In this document: one piece after another, positions 1-11,394 of the stretch
Numbering within the stretch: position 1 is the first letter of the stretch
How the letters are laid out: each line of letters opens with the position of its first letter
NCBI GenBank assembly: GCA_027036135.1
Contig: JALVSY010000007.1
Location: 836,880 to 900,879 of the forward strand
Direction: 5' to 3'
Origin: Pyrodictiaceae archaeon
GTDB lineage: Archaea; Thermoproteota; Thermoprotei_A; Sulfolobales; Pyrodictiaceae
Length of the DNA: 64,000 nucleotides
The notes under the pieces: generated by a model
Told to the model about the DNA's origin: nothing
Database searches by the model: none
Seen by the model: only the letters and a program-made list of their open reading frames with translations
Translations under genes and position numbers: made by a program

Positions 1-324
1 TGGCAAGCCACCTATATTGTGTTGGAGCATTAGCCTTGCTGCTTCACGGAGCGATCTACCACCAGCTATACTTATGACGTCACTAGACATAACATCCCTG
101 ACAAATATAGAGTCAAGAGGCCTTGATGCAAGAGAGCCGCTTGCTACTTTTAGGAAATCGGTCTTCGTTATAATCCCTATGGGGTTCCCTGCTTCATCAA
201 CCACCACTATACGGCCAACACGGTATCTGACCATAAGGTTCCTTACATGAGCTAAGTTATCACCGGGTTTTACAACAACTACGGGCGTAGACATGTATTC
301 GTCAACACGGGGATACGAGGCCAT
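1..324 (-). CDS. CBS domain-containing protein (N-terminal part; runs off window start)
   Basis: Manual translation from ATG at 324: MASYPRVDEYMSTPVVVVKPGDNLAHVRNLMVRYRVGRIVVVDEAGNPIGIITKTDF..., a typical CBS pair; not in ORF track because truncated. Confidence 0.85.
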   Translation of the reverse strand, partial: MASYPRVDEYMSTPVVVVKPGDNLAHVRNLMVRYRVGRIVVVDEAGNPIGIITKTDFLKVASGSLASRPLDSIFVRDVMSSDVISIAGGRSLREAARLMLQHNIGGLP

Positions 325-406
325 AGCGATCACCACTTAGTAAACCGGGCTACAATTAAAGTAAACAAAATAGTGAACGAAGAGATTCTTATCAGTAGCT
401 TAAGCA

Positions 407-1345
407 CTATTTCTTCGTAGCAATTGCAAAGAGTATGTCTCGCTCAGTTATTATTCCGGCGAGCTGTCCATCATGGACAACTAATAAACTACTGACCCCT
501 TTCTCTCGCATCAATGTTGCCGCGTCACCTACATCTGCGTCTGGACTAATTGTAACGTAGCCGCTTAAGCCAACGAGTTTGACTGGGGCTTTAAGTGCCT
601 CCTCGATACTATCGCCTTCAATGTATCGGAATACGTCATGTGAGCCAAAGAAGCGGACAATATCCTTGGCTGTGACCATGCCCCATATCTTTTCTTCTTC
701 TATTATTGGCAATCGTCTTATGCCATACTTTATCATTGTTTCCGCAGCATCCTTGACGCTGGCTTTCGAATCTATTGTTATAACGTTCTTGGTCATTACC
801 TCCTCAACTTTTCGTCCAACTGTTTTCTCAGCGAGATGCTCTACGAGATCATGCTCCGTTATTATGCCCCAGAGTGTCATATCCTCAAAGACTACGGGTA
901 ATACGCCAATGTTCTTAGTTACCATGGTCTCTATTATAGAGGCCAAGGTATCCCTAGTGGTAATGAATACTGGGTTAGGATTCATTACTGAGGCCACGTG
1001 CTCTTTAAGGAGCGCTGAGTAAATGTTACTCTTATGCCTATTTACTACTATATTGAACAGTTCTCCCCCGCCGAAATAATTTACAAGATCGGTTGCGGTG
1101 ACTATGCCCTCTAGCTTCTCCTGGCTAGGTGAGACAACTGGGAGAGCTCTAACATTATAGCGTGTTATCTCCTCTGCTGCCCCGAGTATAGTAGCTGTCT
1201 TTGTCGTTGTGTATACGGGTCTTCTAGCGAGTATCTTTGCGTCCTTCTCGCTCCGGTATATGCGGTCGCTGAAATTAGGCTTGCCGTCACTACGTAACCA
1301 TCGTATACCCTCTGGTCTTCTAGGAGGAACTACGTATCCTCTCAT
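407..1345 (-). CDS. CBS domain-containing protein (4 CBS repeats)
   Basis: Repeated CBS signatures (ALPVV..GIVTATDL, VLPVV..GIITEHDL, RLPII..GMVTAKDI, SLLVV..GIITERDI). Confidence 0.9.
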   Translation of the reverse strand: MRGYVVPPRRPEGIRWLRSDGKPNFSDRIYRSEKDAKILARRPVYTTTKTATILGAAEEITRYNVRALPVVSPSQEKLEGIVTATDLVNYFGGGELFNIVVNRHKSNIYSALLKEHVASVMNPNPVFITTRDTLASIIETMVTKNIGVLPVVFEDMTLWGIITEHDLVEHLAEKTVGRKVEEVMTKNVITIDSKASVKDAAETMIKYGIRRLPIIEEEKIWGMVTAKDIVRFFGSHDVFRYIEGDSIEEALKAPVKLVGLSGYVTISPDADVGDAATLMREKGVSSLLVVHDGQLAGIITERDILFAIATKK

Positions 1346-1415
1346 AGCTCTCTCCTCCCAGTCCCCAATGTTATTAAAGAGTTATAGCTACTGTGTCGGG
1401 ATAAAAACATGGTAC

Positions 1416-2204
1416 TCAATGATTAAGCCAGTAGGAAACAACATCACTTCTATCGACTACACCAATAAGTTTCTTATCATCACCAACTATGTATACCCTA
1501 CCTATATCGCGCTTAAGCATCAACTTAGCTGCATCAAGCAATGTGTGACTTTGGCTCAGGGTTATAGGGGGAGTTGACATAACCTCCTGCACAAGCGGCC
1601 CTTTACGATGACTATCCGCCTCGAAATCGGGCCTAGCATACCCATGTGTTATTAGATCGTGCTCAGCAACAACACCTATTATTACCCCGTTCCTCACCAC
1701 AGGTAGCGCGGCAAATCCATAATGCCTCATTAATTGCCATACCTTGGGAACCGGTGTATCCGGCTCAACATATATGACTTCTCTCTGCATAACCTCTGCT
1801 AATGGAACAAGGAGCTTATCACGATGATTCTCCGCAATGTACTGTATAGCATTCTCGAGGCCAAACACACCCAGATATCTTGACGACTCATCAACTACCG
1901 GAGCGTACCATTCATCAAGCTTAAGCATTTTTTCTAGAGCTGAGCGTAGGTTCTGCGAAGGGCTAAGAACCATGCGCGGATGCTCCATGAGATCCTTTGT
2001 CCTTGCCTCTGTACGCGTGGCAGAGACTTCAAGCAAAGCACTTCTCTTAACTATCCCTGCGAGGCGAAGCCGACGCTCATCTGTTACTACAGGTATTACT
2101 CTTAGTCTCTGCTCACGTATAAGGCGGCGGAGACCCCCAATACTTTCATTCGGTAGAACATAGGGATACTTAGGTGAGAATAAATCAACTACGTGGGGCT
2201 CCAG
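1416..2204 (-). CDS. CBS domain-containing protein (probable CTG start at 2204)
   Basis: CBS motifs. The frame stays open 56 codons upstream of the track start (2036), encodes a further CBS repeat (RVIPVVTDE..LAGIV) and begins at a CTG preceded by GGTG. Confidence 0.85.
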   Translation of the reverse strand: MEPHVVDLFSPKYPYVLPNESIGGLRRLIREQRLRVIPVVTDERRLRLAGIVKRSALLEVSATRTEARTKDLMEHPRMVLSPSQNLRSALEKMLKLDEWYAPVVDESSRYLGVFGLENAIQYIAENHRDKLLVPLAEVMQREVIYVEPDTPVPKVWQLMRHYGFAALPVVRNGVIIGVVAEHDLITHGYARPDFEADSHRKGPLVQEVMSTPPITLSQSHTLLDAAKLMLKRDIGRVYIVGDDKKLIGVVDRSDVVSYWLNH

Positions 2205-2291
2205 GCTCTACACCAATTATATTAACTCATGTAAAGTAGCTATTATACCTATAGACGAATACCAATGGTTAGATTTTGGCCCCGGGCCTCC

Positions 2292-2735
2292 TTAGGCTCT
2301 TATGTACAATAGTTCTATGAGACCCGGAGCATATCTTATTATATCGCTCCTCGTTATTATTCCTACAAGTTTCTCTTCTTTATTGATTACTGGTAAGTGA
2401 CCGATGCGCTTCCTGCTCATTAGATCAGCTGCAGCTGATAGTGGCGCATCCTCATATATTGTTATAGGGTTGGGCGTCATGACGTGTTTTACAAGTGCGC
2501 GGCTTGGATCGAGGCCTTTTGCCACTACTCTCCTAACAATGTCGCCCTCGGTCAATATGCCTATAATAAGGCCCCTTTCGTCGACAACAACGACGCTGCC
2601 GACATCGTTTTCAGCCATTTTACGAGCTGCATCGGCAATTGTTTCGCCTGGCTTACAGGTTATTACACGCGGAACCATCGCGTCTGCCACTCTGAGCTCT
2701 TCGGCCTCTTCGGGTGCTTGAACAGACTCAGACAT
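2292..2735 (-). CDS. CBS domain-containing protein (CBS pair)
   Basis: GSVVVVD..GILTEGDI and GHLPVI..GIITRSDI motifs. Confidence 0.9.
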   Translation of the reverse strand: MSESVQAPEEAEELRVADAMVPRVITCKPGETIADAARKMAENDVGSVVVVDERGLIIGILTEGDIVRRVVAKGLDPSRALVKHVMTPNPITIYEDAPLSAAADLMSRKRIGHLPVINKEEKLVGIITRSDIIRYAPGLIELLYIRA

Positions 2736-2837
2736 TATTCATCACGCGCCGCGTTCCTTCTAACCGTGTCAGCGTTTCTTAGCCTTAAGAGGAATATAAG
2801 TTATAGTTCAGAGCCAATTATAAGGAATCATATAATA

Positions 2838-3473
2838 TCATAGTAGTCCTAGTCTTTTTGCTCTCTCTATGGCTGGTTGCCATAATTGCCTTGGTCTTCT
2901 TCTACGAAGCGCTTCTAAGAGTCGCTTATTTCTCTCCTTTGCCTTAGCTAGCACGTCGTTGACTATGCTCACTACTTGCGCTAATTTATTAGGCTTTATT
3001 ACTGCTTCGTTAGGAGTTGCTAGTAATATGTCTGCTCTAACTCCTGTACGTAGCTCGACGAGCAGGGGAGGGCCAAGAACCATTATGCCGCTATGCTTGA
3101 AACCTGCTTCTCGTGCTGCCTCTAGGATAATTCTAGCCTCTTCTAAGTCACTTACATAGACATGGTATATGGGGCCCTGCACACTTAGCCATAGATTGTT
3201 GGCATGAGGTTTTGACAGAGCCTCCTTTACCTCGTCCACGGTTATAGCGCTATGCTTCTTAAATATAGTCATTGTCTCCTCTTTTGCCCAAGGATATTCC
3301 GAGTCGATAATCGTTATTCTACCAGAACAGCTACTCTTAGTAAAGCTCTTGGGCCTTAGAAAGAACTCTACGAGTACATCTAGTATATCTGTATCAAGAT
3401 AGCCTATTTCCAGGTCTTCCCATAACCTGTGCCATGCCTTTATTTTCTCCTCGTTAAAGTTGCGCGACGCCAC
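2838..3473 (-). CDS. taw3: tRNA(Phe) wyosine-derivative methyltransferase Taw3/TYW3
   Basis: GYLD.DI, TKSSCSGRI and AGFKHSGI motifs of the TYW3 family. Confidence 0.88.
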   Translation of the reverse strand: MASRNFNEEKIKAWHRLWEDLEIGYLDTDILDVLVEFFLRPKSFTKSSCSGRITIIDSEYPWAKEETMTIFKKHSAITVDEVKEALSKPHANNLWLSVQGPIYHVYVSDLEEARIILEAAREAGFKHSGIMVLGPPLLVELRTGVRADILLATPNEAVIKPNKLAQVVSIVNDVLAKAKERNKRLLEALRRRRPRQLWQPAIERAKRLGLL

Positions 3474-3669
3474 CGAGGCCTTATCCCCCGGTACACTTGT
3501 GTAGCCGTGGGTGCGGTCTAGTGTTAAGTCTCTACTCCTCTACAGTATTTGGGCTCTGTTGTCGGGATTAGTAGAAATCCCGTTAGGCATGGACTAGAAG
3601 ATTGATAAGGGCTTGCTTTCTCCTAGTGCTTCTACGGGACGTAGAGATAAGAACCCTGGGTGGCGAACC

Positions 3670-4827
3670 ATGGGTGCTTTGCTTGATAAGCTTAAACCGA
3701 TGAGTAGAGGCCAAGAAGAGATGCTCAAGGCGCTTACTAGCGACGAGTACGAAATCGTGGGGCTGTTTGGACCCACTGGTAGTGGTAAGAGCTTGTTTAG
3801 TGTACTGTATGGTATAGACGCTGTCTCCGAAGGTAAGTATAGGAGGCTAATAATATCAAGACCGGTTGTTGATGTCGTGACTGGTAAGGAGCTTACAGCC
3901 CAGGAGCTTGGTGAGCAGTTTTACGAGATAGCGTTTGCGTATCTCCGAGACATTCTGTCAGAGTTTGTTGAGTGGAGTAGAGTCGAGGAGCTTATGAAGG
4001 AGGGGAAAATAGTATTCGCTGATACGCATTATCTCCGCGGAAGGACCTTCGATGACTCAATAATATTTCTTGACGATGCGCAAAACATTCCGCCGGAGAG
4101 CAGCATAGAGATACTTATGAGAATAGGTAGGAATAGTAAGTTCATCATAGCCGGCGACCCCGTGTTCCAGAAGCCTCATGGAGTAGAAAGGGATGGGGCA
4201 ACAGTTATGCGCGAGGTACTAATAGGCGAGGAAAACGCCAAGGTAATAGACCTAGGGCTCAAGGACATAGTTAGGCCGGGAGCTAGGAGAGGAATACGCC
4301 TCCTAATGGAAATGAGAATGAGGAATAGGCCGCTCAACGAGGCAGAGAAGAGAATCATCGATGCAGCGCGCATATATGCACCGGACGCTGATGTCATAAC
4401 TGTTGTAGAGTTCGTGGATGCGAAGAAACAGTTCGAGATAACAGCTGAGCATGTACCAGATGCACTTATAGTTGTCAAAGAGGGCTATCTCGGTAGGCTC
4501 GTCGGCAAGGGAGGAGAGAGAATACAGAAAATAGAACAAGATACTGAGATGAGGCTTAGAGCAGTAGAGCTAACATTAGACTTTACGAACATAATAAGAG
4601 CCGTTCACCCCGTCAGCTGGATATACAAGCACATAATCGACGCTGACTTCGAGGGACCATACCTAGCTGTAAGGGTTAGGAGCAGCGAGTTCGGCGCCTT
4701 CGTCGGCCAAAGAGGATTCCACGTAAAGTTCCTTGACGCTGTGTTCCGCAAACTGCTAGGCGTCGGAGTAAGAGCCTACGAGGTAGCAGAGGAGGAAGAA
4801 ACTGGGCGGAGAAGGAGAAGAAGATAG
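3670..4827 (+). CDS. phoH: PhoH-family ATPase with C-terminal KH domains
   Basis: GPTGSGKS Walker A, YLRGRTF, DDAQN, GDPVFQ; KH GxxG loops (GRLVGKGGERI, GAFVGQRG); start set at ATG 3670. Confidence 0.88.
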   Translation: MGALLDKLKPMSRGQEEMLKALTSDEYEIVGLFGPTGSGKSLFSVLYGIDAVSEGKYRRLIISRPVVDVVTGKELTAQELGEQFYEIAFAYLRDILSEFVEWSRVEELMKEGKIVFADTHYLRGRTFDDSIIFLDDAQNIPPESSIEILMRIGRNSKFIIAGDPVFQKPHGVERDGATVMREVLIGEENAKVIDLGLKDIVRPGARRGIRLLMEMRMRNRPLNEAEKRIIDAARIYAPDADVITVVEFVDAKKQFEITAEHVPDALIVVKEGYLGRLVGKGGERIQKIEQDTEMRLRAVELTLDFTNIIRAVHPVSWIYKHIIDADFEGPYLAVRVRSSEFGAFVGQRGFHVKFLDAVFRKLLGVGVRAYEVAEEEETGRRRRRR

Positions 4828-4852
4828 CCCTCTTTTATATCAAATACAAACA

Positions 4853-5350
4853 TTGATGCGGAGCACCAATTACCCAACCACGTGCTACAACATTGCTACG
4901 GATCCGGAGGGGGCATCGCTGCCCCGGCTAAAGTTCATAACTGACGATAAGCTCCATAGAGCACTAGAACTTATTGTAGAAGAACTCGGCCTTAACCACA
5001 TTAGACTAGATAAGGTATACATTGTTTGGAGCAAAGGATCAAAAACTACGGCTCTTGCGCGCATATGGGGACTGCCATCACCCTTTGTAAGGCTTGGAAT
5101 ATGTGATCCTACATACGTAATAGAGCTTGTTTCAGAGAAATTTGCTAGACTCAGCTGCAATGACATTGTTGAGACTATTGTCCACGAGCTGCTCCATATA
5201 CCTAGGAGTTTTAGTGGTGGATTGAGACAGCACGGCGACTGGAGTAAAAAGAGGAATATGAGGAAACTCTTAAGCAGAATAAGCAACGAGACCAAGTACG
5301 AGGTATGCAGACTCGTTCGTGAATCTCTAAGAAGCCCTAATCTTGGCTAA
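4853..5350 (+). CDS. Putative metallopeptidase (HExxH)
   Basis: HELLHIP motif, ARIWGL, GGLRQH; start uncertain. Confidence 0.7.
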   Translation: MMRSTNYPTTCYNIATDPEGASLPRLKFITDDKLHRALELIVEELGLNHIRLDKVYIVWSKGSKTTALARIWGLPSPFVRLGICDPTYVIELVSEKFARLSCNDIVETIVHELLHIPRSFSGGLRQHGDWSKKRNMRKLLSRISNETKYEVCRLVRESLRSPNLG

Positions 5351-5456
5351 TATAAGTCCTCCCAACTTCTTGGCAAAAAAGAACGACTTAAGAAGGGTAT
5401 AAGAACTGGTATCTGAAGCAGTATTCCATGTTACTAGTGGATGGTGCAAAACAGGA

Positions 5457-6182
5457 ATGGCCAAGATATATGTTCTGCGTGAACCAAGAAGGCATGACAA
5501 GGCCTGGAATATCTATGCGCTACGCGAGGCGGCTAGGCTAAAGAAGTGGTTTGACGGAGTATATTATAGTCCTAGGCTGAAGAGGCTCCTTGCTGTTTTC
5601 AGGCCGACACCTGGTACTCATGTAAACTTAGAGGTATTCGAGGAATTAAACGAGAGCGTGCTTCGAGACGCTTATCGCATGGAGTGCCCGCGTGGCTGCA
5701 ACCGTTGTTGCGTCTTCCGCAGCGGCGCATTCATCATAGAGAACGAGGTAAAGAAACTACCCCCTGATTTCCAGGAAAGAGTGCTAAAGCAGCCAAGCGA
5801 GCTAATTAGAACGCCTGGTGGCTGGGTACGTGTCTACAGGCTTGATACAGAGACCATGGGTAGGTGTATATTCTTTGACGTAGAGAGGGGAGAGTGTGAG
5901 CTTGAAAAGATGGGCGGTAAGGAGGCTAAGCCGATTGTCTGCTTACTGACTTATTGCACGGTATTCGCTTCGCGTAACGGCGAGAAGTACCTCAAGACAG
6001 GGTATCGCGAGATAGGTGATGGAAGAGTAGAGCTATACTATAAACGTGTAACAGAGCAAGAATGGAGAAGAATGGTTACAAGGATGGCTTCTACTTGGCT
6101 TCGTTTACGAAGGATCCACAAGGCAGTAAAAGAATCCGATGCAGCAATGAGGCGAAGCACTAGGTCTAAGCGAGTAGTCTAA
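5457..6182 (+). CDS. YkgJ-family cysteine-cluster (Fe-S/Zn) protein
   Basis: CPRGCNRCC...CIFFD...C...KPIVC pattern. Confidence 0.75.
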   Translation: MAKIYVLREPRRHDKAWNIYALREAARLKKWFDGVYYSPRLKRLLAVFRPTPGTHVNLEVFEELNESVLRDAYRMECPRGCNRCCVFRSGAFIIENEVKKLPPDFQERVLKQPSELIRTPGGWVRVYRLDTETMGRCIFFDVERGECELEKMGGKEAKPIVCLLTYCTVFASRNGEKYLKTGYREIGDGRVELYYKRVTEQEWRRMVTRMASTWLRLRRIHKAVKESDAAMRRSTRSKRVV

Positions 6183-6211
6183 GAGGTCGTGAAGAGTAAA
6201 ACTCGGAGAGA

Positions 6212-7426
6212 CTACATGTGCATTACTGCTGTGTTCTCGCTCCGCTTGCTTATCGGGACTTGTTCCTCACCATACTCTGTTACATCGGCGTAGGGTCTTC
6301 TCCTCTTCTTCATAACCTTCTCTATAGCTGCCAGGAAGTCTGCCATTGTTACTATTTTTCTGTTTGCGCGTAGGGCAAAGTACCCTGCCTCTATTACTAT
6401 TGCTCTTATATCGGCTCCTGTCGCTCCCTCTGTTAGCCTTGCCAGCTGGGTGAAGTCAACATCATCTGCTAGTCTCATCTTCCTTGTATGTATCCTGAAT
6501 ATCTCTACTCTAGCCTTCTCATTGGGCGGAGGCACGTAGACTAGTCTATCGAACCTACCAGGTCTCAGTATCGCTGGGTCCAGTATGTCTATACGGTTAG
6601 TCGCAGCTATCACCTTTACGTTGCCCAGGGGGTCAAACCCGTCTAGCTCGGCTAATAACTGCATCAATGTTCTCTGCACTTCTCGTTCACCACTAGTGCC
6701 TATGTCTATTCTCTTAGCCGCTATGGCATCTATCTCGTCTATAAATACTATTGATGGGGCCTTCTTCCTCGCCAGCTTGAATACCTCCCTTACTATGCGG
6801 GCGCCCTCACCTATGTATTTGTGGACAAACTCTGAGCCAACGACGCGTATAAAGGTGGCATTACTCATTGACGCAACTGCTCTCGCAAGCAAGGTCTTAC
6901 CACAGCCAGGAGGTCCGTAGAGGAGCACGCCCTTGGGAGGCTCTATACCAAGCTCGCGGAAGAGATCAGGCTTTGTCAGCGGCAGGATAATTGCCTCGTA
7001 GAGCTCTCTCTTCTGCTCCTCTAAGCCGCCTATATCGTCGAAGCTGACCCTAGGCTTCTCCACGACCTCCATGGCACTCACGTAGGGATCCTCGTATTGC
7101 GGCAGTATCTCGACTATAGTTGAGCCTCTCTGGTTTAGTGCGACATAGGTTCCGGGCTTGAGCTTGCCCGGGTCAATATATGATGACACGTTAACTACGA
7201 GGTTAGGACCTGTACTACTCTTAACCACAGCTCTTCCATCGGGGAGCACGCTTAGCACAACGGCCTCTATTAGAGGAGGACTGAGAAGCTTATCGACTTC
7301 CATCTTGTAGCGTCTAAGCTCCCTTCTTAGCTCCATACGCTCAGCTTCTAGTTCTCGCAGCTTTCTCTCAAGCCTAATAATGTACTGTCTATACATCTCA
7401 TCGATGTTAGTATCTTGCTCCGGCAT
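6212..7426 (-). CDS. pan: Proteasome-activating nucleotidase (AAA+)
   Basis: N-terminal coiled coil, OB domain, [38 protein letters not shown]; start could be 7450. Confidence 0.95.
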   Translation of the reverse strand: MPEQDTNIDEMYRQYIIRLERKLRELEAERMELRRELRRYKMEVDKLLSPPLIEAVVLSVLPDGRAVVKSSTGPNLVVNVSSYIDPGKLKPGTYVALNQRGSTIVEILPQYEDPYVSAMEVVEKPRVSFDDIGGLEEQKRELYEAIILPLTKPDLFRELGIEPPKGVLLYGPPGCGKTLLARAVASMSNATFIRVVGSEFVHKYIGEGARIVREVFKLARKKAPSIVFIDEIDAIAAKRIDIGTSGEREVQRTLMQLLAELDGFDPLGNVKVIAATNRIDILDPAILRPGRFDRLVYVPPPNEKARVEIFRIHTRKMRLADDVDFTQLARLTEGATGADIRAIVIEAGYFALRANRKIVTMADFLAAIEKVMKKRRRPYADVTEYGEEQVPISKRSENTAVMHM

Positions 7427-7518
7427 AACCTGTATCCACCATTCATCCATATATTAGAAGCGTTATGAATACCTAAATAATGGTTTGTGCCTCGTCACTA
7501 CACTGGTGATACGCCAGC

Positions 7519-8112
7519 GTGTCTACACAGAGAAGGCGAGGAGAAGTACTATACTGCGAGATGTGCGGTGCACCAATTGAGGGGAGGGCCTACACTATTT
7601 ACGTTGACGGTGTTGAGATGATAGTCTGTGAGCGCTGCTATCGCAAATACATGTCAAGGGCCAGGAAGACCGCGACCGATACACCACTAAGGCTAAGACT
7701 TGCGCAGCCGAAGCCCAGGCACCAATCTCCGCAACCTAGAGAGCCGATACAGAGGAAGGAGCCCAGACAACCCAGGGCTAGGCCGAGAACTCGGAGAAGG
7801 AGGGGAACAGGTCTAGGGCTTGTCGAGAGATACGAGGTTGTTGAGGATTATGCTGAACGGGTAAGAAGAGCGAGGGAACGCTTAGGGTTATCGCAGAAGG
7901 AGCTGGCTCAGCGAGTTAAGGTGGGTGAGAACGTTATTAGGCGTATAGAGTCGGGGAGCCTTGTGCCTCCCGTAGACCTAGCTATGAGGCTTGAGCGTGT
8001 CCTCGGGGTTAAGCTCTTAGAGCCTGTCGTAGAAGAGGAGGAAGAAGCGCTTGAGGATACTGGTGAATTCCACTTAACACTCGGAGATGTAGCCGAGCTA
8101 CGAGAAGACTAG
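7519..8112 (+). CDS. mbf1: Multiprotein bridging factor aMBF1
   Basis: N-terminal CEMCG..CERC zinc ribbon, HTH (GLSQKELAQRV), C-terminal LTLGDV. Confidence 0.92.
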   Translation: MSTQRRRGEVLYCEMCGAPIEGRAYTIYVDGVEMIVCERCYRKYMSRARKTATDTPLRLRLAQPKPRHQSPQPREPIQRKEPRQPRARPRTRRRRGTGLGLVERYEVVEDYAERVRRARERLGLSQKELAQRVKVGENVIRRIESGSLVPPVDLAMRLERVLGVKLLEPVVEEEEEALEDTGEFHLTLGDVAELRED

Positions 8113-8229
8113 GCCCCCCTTCGTGACCAGCAGCATTACATATAACTCCTATAAGGGGGTATGTGCAGACCCGTTTCTTATCACGGAGGAGTGAAGTTAC
8201 TAGACAATACACGAGGAAGAGAGCAAGCT

Positions 8230-9366
8230 ATGAGGAAACGAGGCGCAGAGAAGAGGGCTCTCCTAGTAGTTCCTAGGGATATTAGTGACTGGGAACTTAG
8301 AGAAGCCCTTGCCTTACTCGATACTGCTGGGTACCAGCTCTATGATCTCGTAAGATATAGGCGAGTTTCTCGATCAAGGCTCCTTAGCAAGGCTAAGCTA
8401 CACGAAGTAGCTGAGAAAGCTGAGGCTCTTCAGGGATACAAAGGCTCTAAGATAATTGTGTACGATGAGCTTCGGCCACGTGAGTACTTTAGGATTGTGA
8501 AGGAGGCCCAAGTAGAGACTATTGATAGAACGCTCCTTATACTTGAGATATTCGCTCTTCATGCAGGAAGTCGTGAGGCCAAGCTTCAGATAGAACTTGC
8601 CAGGCTTAAGCATCAATTACCTCTCATTAAGGAGGCTATACGCTTAGCTAAGCTCCGCGAGCTACCCGGATTTCTTGGGCCTGGAGGCTACGCTATTGAC
8701 GCGTATTACCGATATATGGTTTCAAGAATTGCGCGCATACGTAGAGAACTAGAGAAACTACGTAGACGTAGGGAGCTAGAGAGATCCAAAAGGAGAAGCA
8801 TCGGTTTGCCTCATGTAGCTATAGTAGGCTATGCCAGTGTTGGCAAAACAACGTTATTTAATAGAATTACGATGGAGCGTAAAGCCACGGGAGACGAGTA
8901 TTTCACCACGCTTTCTCCAAAGGTCAAAACAGCAAGCTTTGATGGCTCCAGGATAGCTTTTGTTGATACAGTTGGCTTTATTTCAAGGATACCCCTTGAG
9001 ATTATCGAGGCTTTTCACTCTACCCTAGAGGAGGCAGCAACTTCTGACATAGTATTATACGTTATAGATGTATCTGAGCGCGAGGATGTTATGATCGAGA
9101 AGCTCGGTGAGGGAATAGATACTCTTCGCCGAATAGGCGTTATTGATAAGCCAATGATCATAGCTGCAAATAAGGTTGATCTTCTCCAGAACATGGATGA
9201 TTTATCACATAGGCTTAGCCTTATTGAGGGGCTTGCTTCATCTATTTATCCCGGTCTCCGCGGCGTTATAGCTGTCTCGGCGATAACTGGTAAGGGGCTT
9301 GAAGAGCTGCTATGGCGGATAACCACCCTGCTAAGGAGTACGAGAAAGTATACGTATTACGCATAG
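8230..9366 (+). CDS. hflX: GTPase HflX
   Basis: [23 protein letters not shown]1 [19 protein letters not shown]. Confidence 0.93.
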   Translation: MRKRGAEKRALLVVPRDISDWELREALALLDTAGYQLYDLVRYRRVSRSRLLSKAKLHEVAEKAEALQGYKGSKIIVYDELRPREYFRIVKEAQVETIDRTLLILEIFALHAGSREAKLQIELARLKHQLPLIKEAIRLAKLRELPGFLGPGGYAIDAYYRYMVSRIARIRRELEKLRRRRELERSKRRSIGLPHVAIVGYASVGKTTLFNRITMERKATGDEYFTTLSPKVKTASFDGSRIAFVDTVGFISRIPLEIIEAFHSTLEEAATSDIVLYVIDVSEREDVMIEKLGEGIDTLRRIGVIDKPMIIAANKVDLLQNMDDLSHRLSLIEGLASSIYPGLRGVIAVSAITGKGLEELLWRITTLLRSTRKYTYYA

Positions 9367-9908
9367 GCCACCGCCCCGAGAGAGATAAGAGAATAACCAC
9401 TCATGTCGGACTGGTTGCGAGAGCCTTTGGCGCTAATGGCTTTATCCTGGCCGATGTATGCGACGAGCACGTCATGCAATCGCTTAAGAAGGTCCTAGAG
9501 AGATGGGGTGGCGTACTCCACTTGGAATGCGGCGTGCCTGGAAAGTCCTATGTGAGGGCATGGAAGAGGAACGGGGGCGAAGTAATTCATCTTACCATGT
9601 ACGGTATACACGTAGATGATGTTATAGACTCTATACGGGGAAGCAAAAGGCCTAAGCTCATAGTTGTTGGTGCGGAGAAGGTGCCACCCTTCTACTACGA
9701 GGAGGCAGACTATAATGTCGCGATAGGCAATCAACCTCATAGCGAGGTGGCAGCTCTAGCCATATTCCTTGATAGGCTCTATAGGGGACAGGAGCTTCGA
9801 TTAGAGTTTCCCAACGCAAAGCTCCGCATAATACCTTCGCCGAGAGGCAAAAAAGTAGTAAGCCTGGAGAACACACCTAATACTAGTAGGGCTAGGCACG
9901 AGAAATAG
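9312..9908 (+). CDS. trm56: tRNA (cytidine56-2'-O)-methyltransferase aTrm56
   Basis: [39 protein letters not shown]. Confidence 0.95.
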   Translation: MADNHPAKEYEKVYVLRIGHRPERDKRITTHVGLVARAFGANGFILADVCDEHVMQSLKKVLERWGGVLHLECGVPGKSYVRAWKRNGGEVIHLTMYGIHVDDVIDSIRGSKRPKLIVVGAEKVPPFYYEEADYNVAIGNQPHSEVAALAIFLDRLYRGQELRLEFPNAKLRIIPSPRGKKVVSLENTPNTSRARHEK

Positions 9909-9929
9909 AACAAAGAGGTGCCTGGGGAC

Positions 9930-10457
9930 ATGGGTAGTAACGCTGAAGTAGAAAAGCTTTACCTCATGATAGAGAAGCTCTTGGACAAGAACGCTAGACA
10001 AGTATTCCAAACACTATTCGAAGAAGGAGAGGAGCTAACAGAGATAGATATTGCTGAGCGTACTGGGCTAAAGCTCAACGCTATACGGAGGGCGCTTAAT
10101 CTTCTTGCCGAACAAGGCCTGGTTGTATATAGGCGCCAGAAACACCTGGAGAAGAATAGACTAATATTCTATTGGAAGATAAACTATGAAGCCTTACCAG
10201 CCATAATAGAGGCTAGGAAGAGGGCTGCTCTCGATAAGCTTAAGACGTTGCTAAGCAAGGAGGAGGCAACTATGTACTACGTATGCCCCAATGACGGTAC
10301 CAGGTACACTTTCGAAGAGGCTCTAGAGCACGAGTTCACTTGTCCTCGTTGTGGCTCAATGTTAGTACCTGACCAGGATAGGGAGCTCAGGATACAATTG
10401 CTGCGCCAGTACATAGCAATGCTGGAGGCAGAGCTGAATGAATCCAACACTCGTTGA
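9930..10457 (+). CDS. tfe: Transcription factor E alpha
   Basis: N-terminal winged helix, [27 protein letters not shown] zinc ribbon. Confidence 0.92.
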   Translation: MGSNAEVEKLYLMIEKLLDKNARQVFQTLFEEGEELTEIDIAERTGLKLNAIRRALNLLAEQGLVVYRRQKHLEKNRLIFYWKINYEALPAIIEARKRAALDKLKTLLSKEEATMYYVCPNDGTRYTFEEALEHEFTCPRCGSMLVPDQDRELRIQLLRQYIAMLEAELNESNTR

Positions 10458-11394
10458 TCTCTTCTGTGGTGCTGGGGGCTTCGCTGAAGGATTTAGACAA
10501 GCCGGGTTCAGGGTACTTCTCGGAGTAGATAACGATCCAGCTGCCATACGTAGCTTCAAGGCCAATTTCCCGGAAGCAATAGCACTAGCCATGGATATCA
10601 AGGAGGTAAGTGGTTCTCTCATAGAGGAGCTTGTGGGAAGACCAGACGTAGTTATTGGTAGCCCTCCTTGCGAGCCCTATACTGGGGCTAATCCTCGTAG
10701 ACGAAGGAATCCAGTAGAGAGGCTATACGAGGACCCTGCTGGCCAACTAGTTATTCACTTTGCCCGCATCGTTGGTGAGCTAAGGCCCCGCGTATTCGTT
10801 ATGGAGAATGTGCCGGGGATCCTCGATGTAGAGAGCGAGATAAGAAAGATATTCAGGGACGCCGGTTACGACGAGATATACTTTAATGTGCTCAGGGCAG
10901 AGGACTATAATACACCTAGCCATAGGCTGCGCGTCTTTGTATCAAATATTAGGATAAAGCCGCCTAAGGCCCGGAGAAGAATAAGTGTCGAGGAGGCGCT
11001 AAGTGGGCTACCAGCGCCAGGCGCAGAGCTGCCACCAAACCACGAGCCCCCTAGCATGAGTCCTCGAAAAACTAGGCGAATCGCAAAGCTCCGCTGGGGG
11101 CAAGCACTTATATACTACGAAGGAGCTGAGGGTAGGCGGCTACCAAACCTTATCCGGCTAGACCCACGGCGTCATGCTCCAACGGTTCTAGGATCTAGTC
11201 GCTTCATACACCCCTATGAGAATAGGTTCTTAACTGTCAGGGAGCAGGCAAGGCTCATGGGGTTTCCGGACAACCATGTATTTCTTGGAGGGAAGGATGA
11301 ACAGTATAACCAGGTTGGCGAAGCGGTTCCAGTTCCGTTGGCTAGAGCCATAGCGGAGATTGTTTTAAGAACTCTTCGAGAGGGAGGCAACTAG
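10438..11394 (+). CDS. C5-cytosine methyltransferase (orphan)
   Basis: Motifs [55 protein letters not shown]. Confidence 0.92.
   Translation: MNPTLVDLFCGAGGFAEGFRQAGFRVLLGVDNDPAAIRSFKANFPEAIALAMDIKEVSGSLIEELVGRPDVVIGSPPCEPYTGANPRRRRNPVERLYEDPAGQLVIHFARIVGELRPRVFVMENVPGILDVESEIRKIFRDAGYDEIYFNVLRAEDYNTPSHRLRVFVSNIRIKPPKARRRISVEEALSGLPAPGAELPPNHEPPSMSPRKTRRIAKLRWGQALIYYEGAEGRRLPNLIRLDPRRHAPTVLGSSRFIHPYENRFLTVREQARLMGFPDNHVFLGGKDEQYNQVGEAVPVPLARAIAEIVLRTLREGGN

Noticed and set aside
8161-8217. Possible C/D-like boxes upstream of hflX
   Set aside because: All four boxes are degenerate and no target is recognisable.
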